Of a DNA stretch of 64,000 nucleotides, positions 1-9,652 are shown piece by piece (the stretch's first letter is position 1; each line of letters begins with the position of its first letter). The translations under genes and the position numbers were made by a program. The stretch comes from an uncultured Candidatus Rokubacteria bacterium (GTDB lineage: Bacteria > Methylomirabilota > Methylomirabilia > Rokubacteriales > CSP1-6): NCBI GenBank assembly GCA_963762145.1, contig CAVXJS010000017.1, positions 1-64,000 of the forward strand. The letters are read 5' to 3'. The notes under the pieces are model-generated. The model worked only from the letters and a program-made list of their open reading frames with translations. It was not told the DNA's origin and did no database searches.

Positions 1-85
1 AGATAGGCGGGGATCTGCCGGTGCCACGGGCTGGTGGGGTTGCCCGCATTCCAGAGGTGAATCTGCGCGTCGACGATCAGCATGG

Positions 86-2605
86 TTATCCCAGCGCGCT
101 CAGCAATGCGCGCTGTCGGCTCAGACGCGTCGGGCGCTCCTGAGCGAACCGCTGCACCCCGGCAAAGATCGAGTCCGGATCCAGGTGCGCCTCGGCGATC
201 ACGTCTGCCTCGGTGCCGCCGGTTAGCCACACGTTGTCCTGGTCGGCGGTGAGGGGATACTCATCGGTCAGGGAGCCGACGTTGCGCAGCGGCCACATGC
301 GGCGCGTTCCGCTCATCACGAACATGAGATCCTGGCTGGCCTCGGGCGGCAGCACGGCGTGCCGATAGGCTTCGGGCTGGCGGTCGAACAGCTCTTCGCT
401 GATCGCCGCGATGGCCTTCACATTGATGCCGGCACTCGTCAGCCGTGGCAGCACGCTCACGAGATTGAACGTCGAACTCGATCCCTGGGCAACGACGTAG
501 CCGTGTCGTGGGCCCGGCGCGAAGTCGCGGATGACGTAGAGACCCTTGGCGGCGGCCCGCAGGTCGGAGTCGGCGAACGTGTTACGGTCGGCCACGCGGA
601 AGTCCGGGCGGGCCACCTCGATGACGATGACGCCAACCGTTTTCTCGCGCGCGGCGATCTCGGCGGCGGCGAAGTAGCCGGGGGCCACGTCGTTGTAGTC
701 CCAGAAGCTCAGGTTGATGACCTGGTCACGCGGGAAAAGCTTCCACACCTGGGGAGCGAAGATCCCGAAGTGGGTGCGCGCGTCGGCGGCGGTCTCCGGG
801 CCGGAATGTCCGGCGAGGATGTGCAGGACGCCGGTGCGAAACTTACTGTCCTGGTTCTGCTGGCTCCACACGCGCGCGGGCAGGTACATCAGCGGCGTGA
901 AGGCGCCGTAGGTGCCGCTGAACGCCCACACCCCGGCAAACTGGTCGGGGTCCAGCGACGCGCTCTGGCCGACCAGGCCGATGGCGCTCGACACGTTGCC
1001 CGCTTCCTCGATCGCGGCCTTGAGCCGCGTCCCCAGGGGGTTGGTTTCGGGATCGTAGTGGCCCCAGATGCTGCCGTGCTCGAGGTTGATCGATTCCGAG
1101 AGGTCGGCCGCCAAGGTCAGCACGCGGTTGTCGGTGACGTGGTTCGTCCATTTGACGATCTCGGACACGGCGCGTCGGGCGCCCGCCGTCTCGCCCGCCT
1201 TGCGGAAGAGCGCGATCTTGAGCTGCTTCTCCTTGCCCGAGATCGAATTCCTAACCGTGAGCGTCTGCGGCTCTTCGGGAAGATTGGCGACCTTGAGACG
1301 GTCGTCGAGGAATGGGTCGTGCTTCACGTCGACGCGGAGCGGGATCTCGGCCGGCACCGAGTCGCCGATCTCGACCAGACGATCGGCCAGCCAGTCCCCG
1401 AGGCCATCGCGCTCGAGGACTGACATGACGACGTCGATGTTGGTCTTGAACTGGATGAGCCGCTCGCGCGGGTCGGTGACCGGTCCGTTGCTGATCCCCT
1501 GGAACTCGACGCCGTAGCGCGCCTCGAACGTGCGCGCCAGGGCGACGAAATATTCCGAGTTCATCTTCATCCCGTAGGGATGGCTCGGGTAGCCCACCAC
1601 CTGGTCGCCCGCCCCGGGGATCTTGCCGTTCACCGCGCCGGGCCAGTATCCCTTGGTGGTCGTGCCGATCACGATCATCGGACGGCGATCCGCCGGATCC
1701 CAGGCCTCCATGGTCCGGAGCGCGCCCACGATCTGGTCGTAGTCGTGACCATCCGGCAGTGTGAGCACGTTCCAGCCGTACGAAGTCCACTGGTCGACCA
1801 GGCGGTAGCCGGAGAACTTGCTGGCCACAACGCCGCCGATCAGCGAATCGTCGATGCCGGCGTTGTTGTCGGACAGGAAGATCCGGAGCCGCTTGCCGAC
1901 CTGCAGCGCGATGGCCTGGGTCTTGAGCTCCTGGGCGTGTCCCTCGGTCATGGCGAACTCGCCCTCGAGCGCGATGACCTTCGGTGTCCCCATGGGAGCG
2001 CCCATGATGTCCCAGAACGCCGCCTTTCCCGCTGCCGTCGCGATTCCGACGCCCGAGGGGCCCCCGTTGACGTCGTTGGTGAGATCGGTGGACTCGATGT
2101 GCCCGGACAGCGCCCGGATGCCGCGCCCCTTCGCCTGGGCGAACAGCGGGTGGTCCGACAGCCCCTGGTCCGCGAGCAAGGTCCTCAGCGCGCCGGCGCC
2201 GCGGCGGAATCCCAGCGCGTCGACCGGCAGCATCGCGACGTCCGGCGCCACGTGATAGCGGGGATCGCCCGTCGCGTGATGCTTCCGGTACAGCGCCTGC
2301 CCCAGGATCATCCACAGCGCGTAGCAGGTGGGGGCGCAGTGTCCCGCCGCCAGCATGAACTTGTCGCCGTACGGATGCTTGGGGCGCCGGTAGTCATAGC
2401 GGAGCCCGCCCAGCTCGGGCCCGGCCAGATGCGCCGCTACGTTGAACGGCGTGTAGGCGAGCGGGCCGCCGAAATGCCCGGTCTGGGCATAGTTGCCGAG
2501 CAGGGTGAGAGTCATGCAGGTCATGTAGCCGATGTCTTCCAGGCGGCGCCGGTCGTAGGGAAGCCCTGGTGCCATGTCCGACCGTGGCGACGTGTGAACA
2601 CTCAT
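86..2605 (-). CDS. Single-chain transketolase-like ThDP-dependent enzyme
   Basis: 839 aa; GHFGG, AGH, SGH, variant ThDP motif ALEGEFAMTEG...DNNAGID, ADL, HSGPETAADARTH (cf. GEDGPTH). Confidence 0.8.
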   Translation of the reverse strand: MSVHTSPRSDMAPGLPYDRRRLEDIGYMTCMTLTLLGNYAQTGHFGGPLAYTPFNVAAHLAGPELGGLRYDYRRPKHPYGDKFMLAAGHCAPTCYALWMILGQALYRKHHATGDPRYHVAPDVAMLPVDALGFRRGAGALRTLLADQGLSDHPLFAQAKGRGIRALSGHIESTDLTNDVNGGPSGVGIATAAGKAAFWDIMGAPMGTPKVIALEGEFAMTEGHAQELKTQAIALQVGKRLRIFLSDNNAGIDDSLIGGVVASKFSGYRLVDQWTSYGWNVLTLPDGHDYDQIVGALRTMEAWDPADRRPMIVIGTTTKGYWPGAVNGKIPGAGDQVVGYPSHPYGMKMNSEYFVALARTFEARYGVEFQGISNGPVTDPRERLIQFKTNIDVVMSVLERDGLGDWLADRLVEIGDSVPAEIPLRVDVKHDPFLDDRLKVANLPEEPQTLTVRNSISGKEKQLKIALFRKAGETAGARRAVSEIVKWTNHVTDNRVLTLAADLSESINLEHGSIWGHYDPETNPLGTRLKAAIEEAGNVSSAIGLVGQSASLDPDQFAGVWAFSGTYGAFTPLMYLPARVWSQQNQDSKFRTGVLHILAGHSGPETAADARTHFGIFAPQVWKLFPRDQVINLSFWDYNDVAPGYFAAAEIAAREKTVGVIVIEVARPDFRVADRNTFADSDLRAAAKGLYVIRDFAPGPRHGYVVAQGSSSTFNLVSVLPRLTSAGINVKAIAAISEELFDRQPEAYRHAVLPPEASQDLMFVMSGTRRMWPLRNVGSLTDEYPLTADQDNVWLTGGTEADVIAEAHLDPDSIFAGVQRFAQERPTRLSRQRALLSALG

Positions 2606-2629
2606 CGAAGTCTCCTGTTTGTGATTGGG

Positions 2630-3670
2630 CTAAGGCTCGGCGCGCTCGATCTTCACGCTCCGGCCCGTGCGAGCGGACTCGATCATCGCCAGCGTGATCT
2701 CCACGACACGGAGTCCGTCCAGGCCGGTCGCGGCGGGCTGGCCGCCGGTGGCGGCCGCGCGCTGGAAGTCCTCGATCTCGGCCACGTAGTTCGGCAGCAG
2801 CGCTTCCGGGTAGTCGGCGGTCTCGTTGACGGTGTCGCTCGTGATCTCGAAGCGGCCGGTGCGCGCTTCCCACATCGAGTGGTGTCCGGCGATGAGCCCG
2901 GTGATCCCGTACACGCGGAAATCGTTGCGCGAATCGGGAAGGAGGCGGCTCGCGACCACCTGGCCGAGCGTGCCGTTGGCGAAGCGCAACGTGAGGCAGG
3001 CGAGCTGCTCGAGCGGACGTGCGGCCGTCTGGCCGTCGGTGACCGCGGTGATCTCGTCCACCTCGGCGCCGAGCACGAAGCGCAGCAGGTCGACCGAGTG
3101 CACGCCGGTGCCCATCATCGTGGACGCGCCCCCGATCAGCTCCGGGGTGTCCCACCACTGCGTGAGCGGCGTACGCGGCGGCGAGCCGTCGCGGCCGCGC
3201 ACGCCGAAGGCCCACTGGGCCTGGGCGAGCACGATGCGCCCCAGCGCCCCGGCGGCGACGAGGTCGCGGGCCCGTCTATAGGCCGGGTGCTGGCGCAGGT
3301 TGAAGGCCACGCCGAGCGTGACACCCGCGCGGCGGCACGCGTGTACCATTCGCACGGCGTCGGCGGTCGTCGTGGCCATCGGCTTCTCGCACAGCACGTG
3401 CTTTCCGGCGGCCGCCGCCTGGGCGACGTGCTCGGCATGCAAGGCGTTCGGCGAGGCCACGAAGACCCCGTCGACCCGCGAGTCCTTGAGGAGATCGCCG
3501 AGCTGACTGTACGCGGCGCGCACGGCGTGCTTCTGCGCGAACGCCTCCGCGCGGTCCTGATCGCGGCTGTACACCGCGACGAGGTCGCCCCCGTCGGCCG
3601 CGGCCATCGCCGGCGCGATCTTGATGTCGGGATGCTTGCCCGTGCTGACGATGCCCCATCCGAACGCCAT
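2630..3670 (-). CDS. Gfo/Idh/MocA family NAD(P)-dependent oxidoreductase
   Basis: WGIVSTG, ASPNALH, GKHVLCEKP, GVHSVD motifs; GAGG RBS. Confidence 0.9.
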   Translation of the reverse strand: MAFGWGIVSTGKHPDIKIAPAMAAADGGDLVAVYSRDQDRAEAFAQKHAVRAAYSQLGDLLKDSRVDGVFVASPNALHAEHVAQAAAAGKHVLCEKPMATTTADAVRMVHACRRAGVTLGVAFNLRQHPAYRRARDLVAAGALGRIVLAQAQWAFGVRGRDGSPPRTPLTQWWDTPELIGGASTMMGTGVHSVDLLRFVLGAEVDEITAVTDGQTAARPLEQLACLTLRFANGTLGQVVASRLLPDSRNDFRVYGITGLIAGHHSMWEARTGRFEITSDTVNETADYPEALLPNYVAEIEDFQRAAATGGQPAATGLDGLRVVEITLAMIESARTGRSVKIERAEP

Positions 3671-3685
3671 GGATCCTCCTCGGGA

Positions 3686-4429
3686 TCAGGCCGGCCGGTT
3701 CGCCTTGAGGAACGTGCGCACGTGCCGCACCGCGAGCGGGATCTTCTCCTTCGTGTCTTTCCAGGGGTAGAAGGTCATCTCGGCCTTCGGGGCCAGCATC
3801 GCCGACTCGAGGGCGGGCTCGTAGGGGTGCGAAGGGGTCTCGTCCGGCATGACCAGCACGGGCACCGGGCAGTTCTGGACGACGTCGCGCGGGACGCTGA
3901 ACACGAAGTCGGCGTTCGTGACGTACATCCGGGTCAGGAACTTGTCGATCATGTCCATCGTGAGGTCAGGTCGCTGCTCGAGCAGCGCCGGTCCCCAGGT
4001 CTGCAGGCTGTTGTCGTACATGGGGTTCGATTCCTTGCGGAAGCCGACCGGCTGCGACACGACCGCGGCGACGATGCGCTCCGGCGCGCGCTCGATCAGC
4101 TTCCAGATGAACGGCCCCCCGATGCAGTAGCCGATCACCATGAAGCGCTGGATGCCCAGGTGATCCATGAGGGCGAGGTGGTCGTCGGCATAGGAGTCCC
4201 AGGGCCGATCGATCTCGAGCGGCCCGGAGGACTGGCCGCTCGGTGCGTTACGTAGGTCGGCCGTGATGCAGCGGTACTCGTCCTTGAATTCATCGGTCGC
4301 GTTGAACGGCGCCCGGTCCATGAAGCCGATGCTCGAGTTCTGGCCCCCGCCGGGAATGACGAAGAGCGGGAAGCCGGAGCCGGCCTCCTGGTAGTGAATG
4401 CGGACCGGGCCCTTCTCGTAAAACGCCAT
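3686..4429 (-). CDS. Alpha/beta hydrolase with Cys nucleophile elbow
   Basis: MAFYEKG start after AAGGGG; PGGG oxyanion motif, GYCIGG elbow, C-terminal D...H. Confidence 0.8.
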   Translation of the reverse strand: MAFYEKGPVRIHYQEAGSGFPLFVIPGGGQNSSIGFMDRAPFNATDEFKDEYRCITADLRNAPSGQSSGPLEIDRPWDSYADDHLALMDHLGIQRFMVIGYCIGGPFIWKLIERAPERIVAAVVSQPVGFRKESNPMYDNSLQTWGPALLEQRPDLTMDMIDKFLTRMYVTNADFVFSVPRDVVQNCPVPVLVMPDETPSHPYEPALESAMLAPKAEMTFYPWKDTKEKIPLAVRHVRTFLKANRPA

Positions 4430-4506
4430 GGTGCGCCCCTTTCGCGGCTGGTCTGGTGCGATGGGCAGCATACATCAAACGGGGGAGAAGAATCAGCGGG
4501 TTAGCG

Positions 4507-5931
4507 TCAGGAACCCCGCCGCCAGAGCCGCTCGGCCATCACGCCGACCGCGCGCTCCACCGCCTCCGCGGCATCGAGGATCATGTCCTCGCGGAAGCGA
4601 CGGCCGACGATCTGGACGCCGACCGGCTGGGCGTCGTTCTCGTTCGCGGGCACGATGGCCGCGGGCAGGCCCATGAAGTTCATGGCATAGCTGTAGAGCG
4701 CGCTGCCGAGCACCTCGCGCACGCCCTCGGCGCCCTGCTCGTCACGGTTCCAGGTGAAGATCGGCGCCGGAAGGAAGGGGGTGAGGACCAGCGGGTAGTC
4801 GGCCATGAACGTGGTCCAGGCGCGAATGAAGCGGTTCCGGTCGGCGATCGCCTTGAGGAACTCGAGGCCCTCGAACGGCTGGAAGTAGCGGTAGTACTCG
4901 TCGAAGATCGCCACGACGGTCTTCGAGCCGTACTTGCGCACGTCGACGTCCATCAGCGCTTTGGCCTCGCCGAAGAGGCAGCGCGCGCCGGTGACCGCGG
5001 CCTCCTCGAGGAGGGGTGGCTCGACCTCGCGCACGTCGTACCCGGCGGCGGCCAGCGCCGTGCGCGCGGTGTCGAGCGCCCGGGCGACCGCGGGGTGCAG
5101 GGGAAAGTCGAAGGTGTTCCGGGTGAAGGCGACCTTGATGGGCCTCGGCTCGGGCGTCCCCTCGAACGGCATGGGCACCTGCCAGGGATCGCGGGGGTCG
5201 TAGGCGACGAGCGAGCGCATGGCCAGGCGTACGTCGCGGACCTCGCGGCAGATCACGCCCTGCACGGACATCACCTGCGCCAGCATGCCGCGCTCGACGG
5301 CCGACGAGGGATTGTAGGCCGGCACCCGGCCGAGACCGGGCTTCACCGTGGCCGCGCCACAGGCGTAGGCGGGAAAGCGGAGCGAGCCGCCGATGTCGTT
5401 CCCGTGCGCGATCGGGCCATAGCCCATCATCACCGCGGCGGCCGCGCCACCCGAGGAGCCGCCGGCCGAGGCGGTGGCGTTCCAGGGATTGAACGTGCGG
5501 CCGTGCAGCTCGTTCACCGTGGTGCCACGGAAGGAGAACTCCGGGGTGTTGGTGCGCCCGACGATGATGGCCCCGGCCCGGCGGAGGTTGGAGACCACGG
5601 GCGCATCGGCCGGCGCGATCACGCCCTTGAAGGCGACGACGCCGTTGGGCGTCGCGCACCCCTCTTGATCCACGTTCTCCTTGATCGTGACCGGCACGCC
5701 ATGCAGCGGCCCGATCGGACCGCCGGCCCTCATCGCCTTGTCGTGGGCCTCGGCCTCGCGCTGCGCGGTGTCACCGAGATCGTCCACGACCGCGTTGATC
5801 TGGCCGTTGGTGGCGCGCATGCGGGCCACCGCGCTGCCCACGGCCTCGACGGCGGTCACGCGGCGCGCGGCGATGGCTTCGGCCAGCTCGCAGGCGCTCC
5901 ACTGCCACAGCGGCCTATTCGAGGCTGCCAT
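4507..5931 (-). CDS. Amidase signature family protein
   Basis: GPLHGVPVTIKE, GGSSGG, DIGGSLRFPA (Lys-cisSer-Ser triad). Confidence 0.92.
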   Translation of the reverse strand: MAASNRPLWQWSACELAEAIAARRVTAVEAVGSAVARMRATNGQINAVVDDLGDTAQREAEAHDKAMRAGGPIGPLHGVPVTIKENVDQEGCATPNGVVAFKGVIAPADAPVVSNLRRAGAIIVGRTNTPEFSFRGTTVNELHGRTFNPWNATASAGGSSGGAAAAVMMGYGPIAHGNDIGGSLRFPAYACGAATVKPGLGRVPAYNPSSAVERGMLAQVMSVQGVICREVRDVRLAMRSLVAYDPRDPWQVPMPFEGTPEPRPIKVAFTRNTFDFPLHPAVARALDTARTALAAAGYDVREVEPPLLEEAAVTGARCLFGEAKALMDVDVRKYGSKTVVAIFDEYYRYFQPFEGLEFLKAIADRNRFIRAWTTFMADYPLVLTPFLPAPIFTWNRDEQGAEGVREVLGSALYSYAMNFMGLPAAIVPANENDAQPVGVQIVGRRFREDMILDAAEAVERAVGVMAERLWRRGS

Positions 5932-5947
5932 TGGTCGCTCCTCTCGC

Positions 5948-7075
5948 TCAGCTCAGGCCGTAGAAGCCGAGGGCGCCACCGGCGAGCACCTGGTGCTTCG
6001 CCTCGGGGGACAGCCGCCCGAGCCGATCGCGGAGCATCTGCGGCGCGCCCGGGAAGAAGCCGTCCGAGTGCGGATAGTCGGTGGCCCACATGATCTTGTG
6101 CGGCCCGATGTAGTCGGCCAGCACCGCGATGCTGCTCTCGACCGGCTCGAACGAGATCCAGCAATTGCGCTGGAACAGCTCGCTCGGCCTCGTCTTCGGC
6201 GCGGACTCGTTGAAGCCCTGGTCGTCGAAGTGCCGGTCCATGCGGTCGAGCCACGGCGCGATCCAGCCGCCGCCCGACTCGAGAAACGCGATGCGCAGCC
6301 GCGGATGACGGTCGACGACACCGCCCCAGATCACGCTCAGGGCGACCAGCATCATCTCCATCGTGTGCGAGACCATGTGGCGCGCCGCCCGGTCGTCCTC
6401 GAATCGGTCGACGCCGACGGTCGGCATCGCGGTGGTCGACCCTTCGTGAAAGCCGATCGAGAAGTCGAGCGCCTCGGCCATCGCCCAGAACGGCTCGTAC
6501 ATCGGGTCACTGACCATCTTCTTGCCGTGATAGGGGTTGGGCCGCAGGAACCCGCCGCGCATCCCAAGCTTCTCGCGGGCGTAGCGCATCTCGTCGACCG
6601 CCAGATCGACCGACTGCATCGGCAGCATCGCGACCCCGAACAGGCGCTCGGGATACGGCGCGCAGTAGTCGGCCAGCCAGCGGTTGTAGGCGCGGCACAT
6701 CGCCGCGGCGAGGCCCGGATCCTCGACCGCGCCGGCGAACAGGCCGAGACTGGGATAGAGGAAGGCGGCATCGATGCCGTCGGCATCCATGTCGACGATC
6801 CGCGCGTGCGGATCGAACCCGCCCTTGCGCCCCTCGGCATACTTCAGGGTGTTGGCCTTGACGATGCCCTGCCGGACGCCGACGGAGCCCAGGCTGCCGA
6901 TGCCCCGCGGATTGCCCAGCAGCTTGCCTTCGACGCTCAAGCGTTCCTTGCCGTTGTCGTCGATGACGAACCGCGGCCGGCGCTCGCGGAATTCGGGATC
7001 GATGTACCTGTCCCACAGGTCGAGCGGCTCGAGGATATGGCCGTCCGCGTCGATCACGTTGTACGCGCGGGTCAT
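5948..7075 (-). CDS. Amidohydrolase family protein (Amidohydro_2)
   Basis: IDADGH, FHE, FLESGGGW, WATDYPHSD; GGAGG RBS. Confidence 0.9.
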   Translation of the reverse strand: MTRAYNVIDADGHILEPLDLWDRYIDPEFRERRPRFVIDDNGKERLSVEGKLLGNPRGIGSLGSVGVRQGIVKANTLKYAEGRKGGFDPHARIVDMDADGIDAAFLYPSLGLFAGAVEDPGLAAAMCRAYNRWLADYCAPYPERLFGVAMLPMQSVDLAVDEMRYAREKLGMRGGFLRPNPYHGKKMVSDPMYEPFWAMAEALDFSIGFHEGSTTAMPTVGVDRFEDDRAARHMVSHTMEMMLVALSVIWGGVVDRHPRLRIAFLESGGGWIAPWLDRMDRHFDDQGFNESAPKTRPSELFQRNCWISFEPVESSIAVLADYIGPHKIMWATDYPHSDGFFPGAPQMLRDRLGRLSPEAKHQVLAGGALGFYGLS

Positions 7076-7088
7076 GGGCAACCCCTCC

Positions 7089-7913
7089 TTACTTCGCGGC
7101 CGCCGGGAACGCCGGCAGCTTGCCGATGTCGCGCATGTCGTGCTGGATGATGACGGTCGCTTTGATATTTGCGACGATCTGCTTCATGCGCTCGATCGAG
7201 GCGACCGTCGCGGCGCGGTCGACGTTGAAGTGCGGCACGCCGCCACTCTCGTAGTTCTCGCGGAAGTGGACCAGGTCGCCGGTGAGCAGCACCGGGCCCA
7301 TGTCCTTCAGCCGGATGAGCAGGCAGCTATGGCCCGGCGTGTGACCCGGCATCCTGAGCACGATCACGCTGCCGTCGCCGAACACGTCCTTGTCCCCGGT
7401 CAGCGGCTCGACCTTTCTCTTCTCGTCGATCCAGCTCTTGAAGCCCGCGACGTTGGCGCCCTGCATCGGCGGCGTCGAGGTGACGCCGTCCCAGTCGCCC
7501 TTGCCGATGAGCAGCGTCGCGTTCGTGAACGGCGCGAGCTGGCCGGTGTGGTCGCCGTGGAAGTGGCTGATGCCGACGAACTTGACTTGATCCGGCGTGA
7601 CGTTGACCTCCTTCAGGCGATCCACGATGCCGACCTTCGGTGCGTTGGGGCTCCCGCCGGGGGCGAAGCCGGTGTCCCACACCATGTAGTCGTTACCATG
7701 CTTGATCAGGTAGCAGCTGAACGTGAACGTCAGCTTGAGATCCTTGTAGGCGAACGTGTCGGTGAAGCGCTGGCCGACGTCCGTCGGCGTGGCGCCGGTG
7801 CCGCAGTCGATGCGGGTCAGCGTGACGTCAGCCGGGGCTTGGGCCATCGCCGGCAGGCCGATGAGAACGTTGGCGCACAAGCCGACCGCGAACAGTATCG
7901 TGGCTTTCAGCAT
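7089..7913 (-). CDS. Secreted N-acyl homoserine lactonase-family metallo-beta-lactamase fold protein
   Basis: Signal peptide MLKAT...AMA; SHFHGDH, PGHTPGH, LTGDLVH, QHD. Confidence 0.85.
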   Translation of the reverse strand: MLKATILFAVGLCANVLIGLPAMAQAPADVTLTRIDCGTGATPTDVGQRFTDTFAYKDLKLTFTFSCYLIKHGNDYMVWDTGFAPGGSPNAPKVGIVDRLKEVNVTPDQVKFVGISHFHGDHTGQLAPFTNATLLIGKGDWDGVTSTPPMQGANVAGFKSWIDEKRKVEPLTGDKDVFGDGSVIVLRMPGHTPGHSCLLIRLKDMGPVLLTGDLVHFRENYESGGVPHFNVDRAATVASIERMKQIVANIKATVIIQHDMRDIGKLPAFPAAAK

Positions 7914-7959
7914 GGTCTCCTCCCCATAGCGAATCGAAGTGGTGTTGTGCGCGACACGA

Positions 7960-8802
7960 CTAGTTCTTCTTCGGTGCCCAGCCATACGCCTTGGCGCAGG
8001 CGCCGCCCATCAGCATTGCGCGTTCACTGGCGCTCAGGCGGTCGGTGTGGCGGAACGGCTCGACGGCCTGTTCGTAGTTGACGACGGCAAAGGCGCGAGT
8101 CCAGTCGGTCCCCCAGAGGCAACGCTCGAACCCCCAGGCGTCGAACACGCGAGCGAGCGGGTCCCAGATGTCCGGGAACGGGTAGGGGTCCCGGGACAGC
8201 GTGCAGGCACCGCTGACCTTGATCACCGCGTTCCGGCGCTTGGCGAGGTCGAGCACCTTTGGCAGGTCGGCCCAGGGCTGTGGCGGGGCGGGTGGGGTTC
8301 GGGGCTGCATGATGGCCAGATGGTCGATGATGAATCGCGTGTCGGGGTGGCGGTCGATGAGCGCCGCGCCCGCGTCCACGTTGCCCCAGCACAGCATGTT
8401 GACCGGAAGGTCGTGCCGAACCGCCGTGCGCAGGATCCGGTCGAGGCCCGGGTCGGCCGGATCGCGCCCCGCCTCCTTCGTCATCATGATCCGGATGCCG
8501 ACCGTGCCCGGCGTTCTCTTCCAGTCGGCGATGACGTCGGCGACGGCCGGATCATCCGGATCGACCGGCTTGACGAGGGCGAACCGGCCGGGATGAGCCC
8601 GTTGCACTTCCACTGCGTAGCTCGCGTCGTAGCGGTACATGGAAAAGGCGGAGATGAAGATCGCGCCGTCGACGCCGACCTGGTCCATCGCCGCCACCAT
8701 CTCGTCACCGGTGACGTGATCGGGCCAGTTCGGGACAGTGTGCCAGGGCCGTTTCGGTGTGTTCGCCTCGTAGACGTGGACCTGGGAATCGATGGTGGCC
8801 AT
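7960..8802 (-). CDS. Amidohydrolase family protein (lactonase-like Amidohydro_2)
   Basis: IDSQVH, IIDHL, KVSG, LWGTDW. Confidence 0.85.
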   Translation of the reverse strand: MATIDSQVHVYEANTPKRPWHTVPNWPDHVTGDEMVAAMDQVGVDGAIFISAFSMYRYDASYAVEVQRAHPGRFALVKPVDPDDPAVADVIADWKRTPGTVGIRIMMTKEAGRDPADPGLDRILRTAVRHDLPVNMLCWGNVDAGAALIDRHPDTRFIIDHLAIMQPRTPPAPPQPWADLPKVLDLAKRRNAVIKVSGACTLSRDPYPFPDIWDPLARVFDAWGFERCLWGTDWTRAFAVVNYEQAVEPFRHTDRLSASERAMLMGGACAKAYGWAPKKN

Positions 8803-8994
8803 CGGAACGTTCCTCCGTGCCAAGCGCGTTCATCACCTCTATCCATATCGGGCGGGAGGTCTGGAGAATAGCCGGTGCCGCCCGCAGAGGCAACGTGAAA
8901 GGCGCAGCTACTACGATCAGAAGCGGATGCAGGGGGTGGGAAGGACGATGCCGCCCACGAGGTATCTGCATCAGGGTCCTGTAGGACCACGGCC

Positions 8995-9501
8995 CCGTTG
9001 ACCCAGTACAACAAGGTGATCGTCGACGTGGTGGGGTTCTACGGCGCCGACATGAAGAAGGTCAAGCCCAAGGAACAGGAGGCGCTCACCGCTCTGTTCC
9101 AGAAGACGCTGACCGACGCGCTGGCGACGAAATATCAGGTCGTGGATCAGTCCGGCCCCGGGGTGATGAGGGTCCAGGCCGCGATCCTGGATGTCGAGGC
9201 GGCCACCCCGGGACTGCGGACCATCTCGATGGTCATCCCGCAGGCGCGTCTTCTCGGCACCGGCTACTACGCCGTCGCGGGTAAATACCCGTTCGTCGGA
9301 GGAGGAGAAGCGGCGTTGAAGGTTACGGATTCGGTGACCGGCGAGCTCCTGGCAGCGGGCGCGGATCGCCGCGTCGGAGGCGGGTCGGTAGAAAACCGCG
9401 GGCCAGTGGCAATGGGGGGATGCCGAGAACGCCGTCAAGAAATGGTCGGAGTTGGCGGCTAACGGGATGTACGCTACACGTCGGACCAGCGGAAGCCATA
9501 A
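8995..9501 (+). pseudogene. DUF3313-like lipoprotein fragment (5' truncated, frameshifted)
   Basis: YNKVIVD...GPGVMRVQAAI...DSVTGELLAAGADRRVG; continues QWQWGDAENAVKKW in another frame after ~9400; no signal peptide or RBS. Confidence 0.6.
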
Positions 9502-9585
9502 CTCCGGGCGGAGCGCCGCGCGGCTGTGCGACGTGCAACCGCATCACGTTGCCCTGGGCCTTCCGGCCTGCGCGGCGGCCGCGCC

Positions 9586-9636
9586 GCTACGTGTCTCCCC
9601 GGACCTTCCGCTGCATGGCATCGAGCTCCGCGTCGC
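9586..9636 (-). repeat. Orphan copy of the 3' end of the SpoIIE fusion gene (direct repeat of 11338-11400)
   Basis: GCTACGTGTC(T/C)CCCCGGACCTTCCGCTGCATGGCATCGAG...CTCCGCGTCGC; one mismatch plus a 12-nt deletion relative to 11338-11400. Confidence 0.9.
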
Positions 9637-9652
9637 GGGTGGGGCGCTCAAC

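Noticed and set aside
1580-4255. Long antisense and alternative-frame ORFs (e.g. 891 aa here, 11510-14293, 50748-52886)
   Set aside because: They are shadow ORFs expected from high GC3 bias opposite well-supported genes, and show no recognisable motifs.
8975-8996. TAGGACCACGGCCCC as a ninth regulon box
   Set aside because: The right half is degenerate, no -10-like hexamer lies at the expected spacing, and it sits at a truncation junction.
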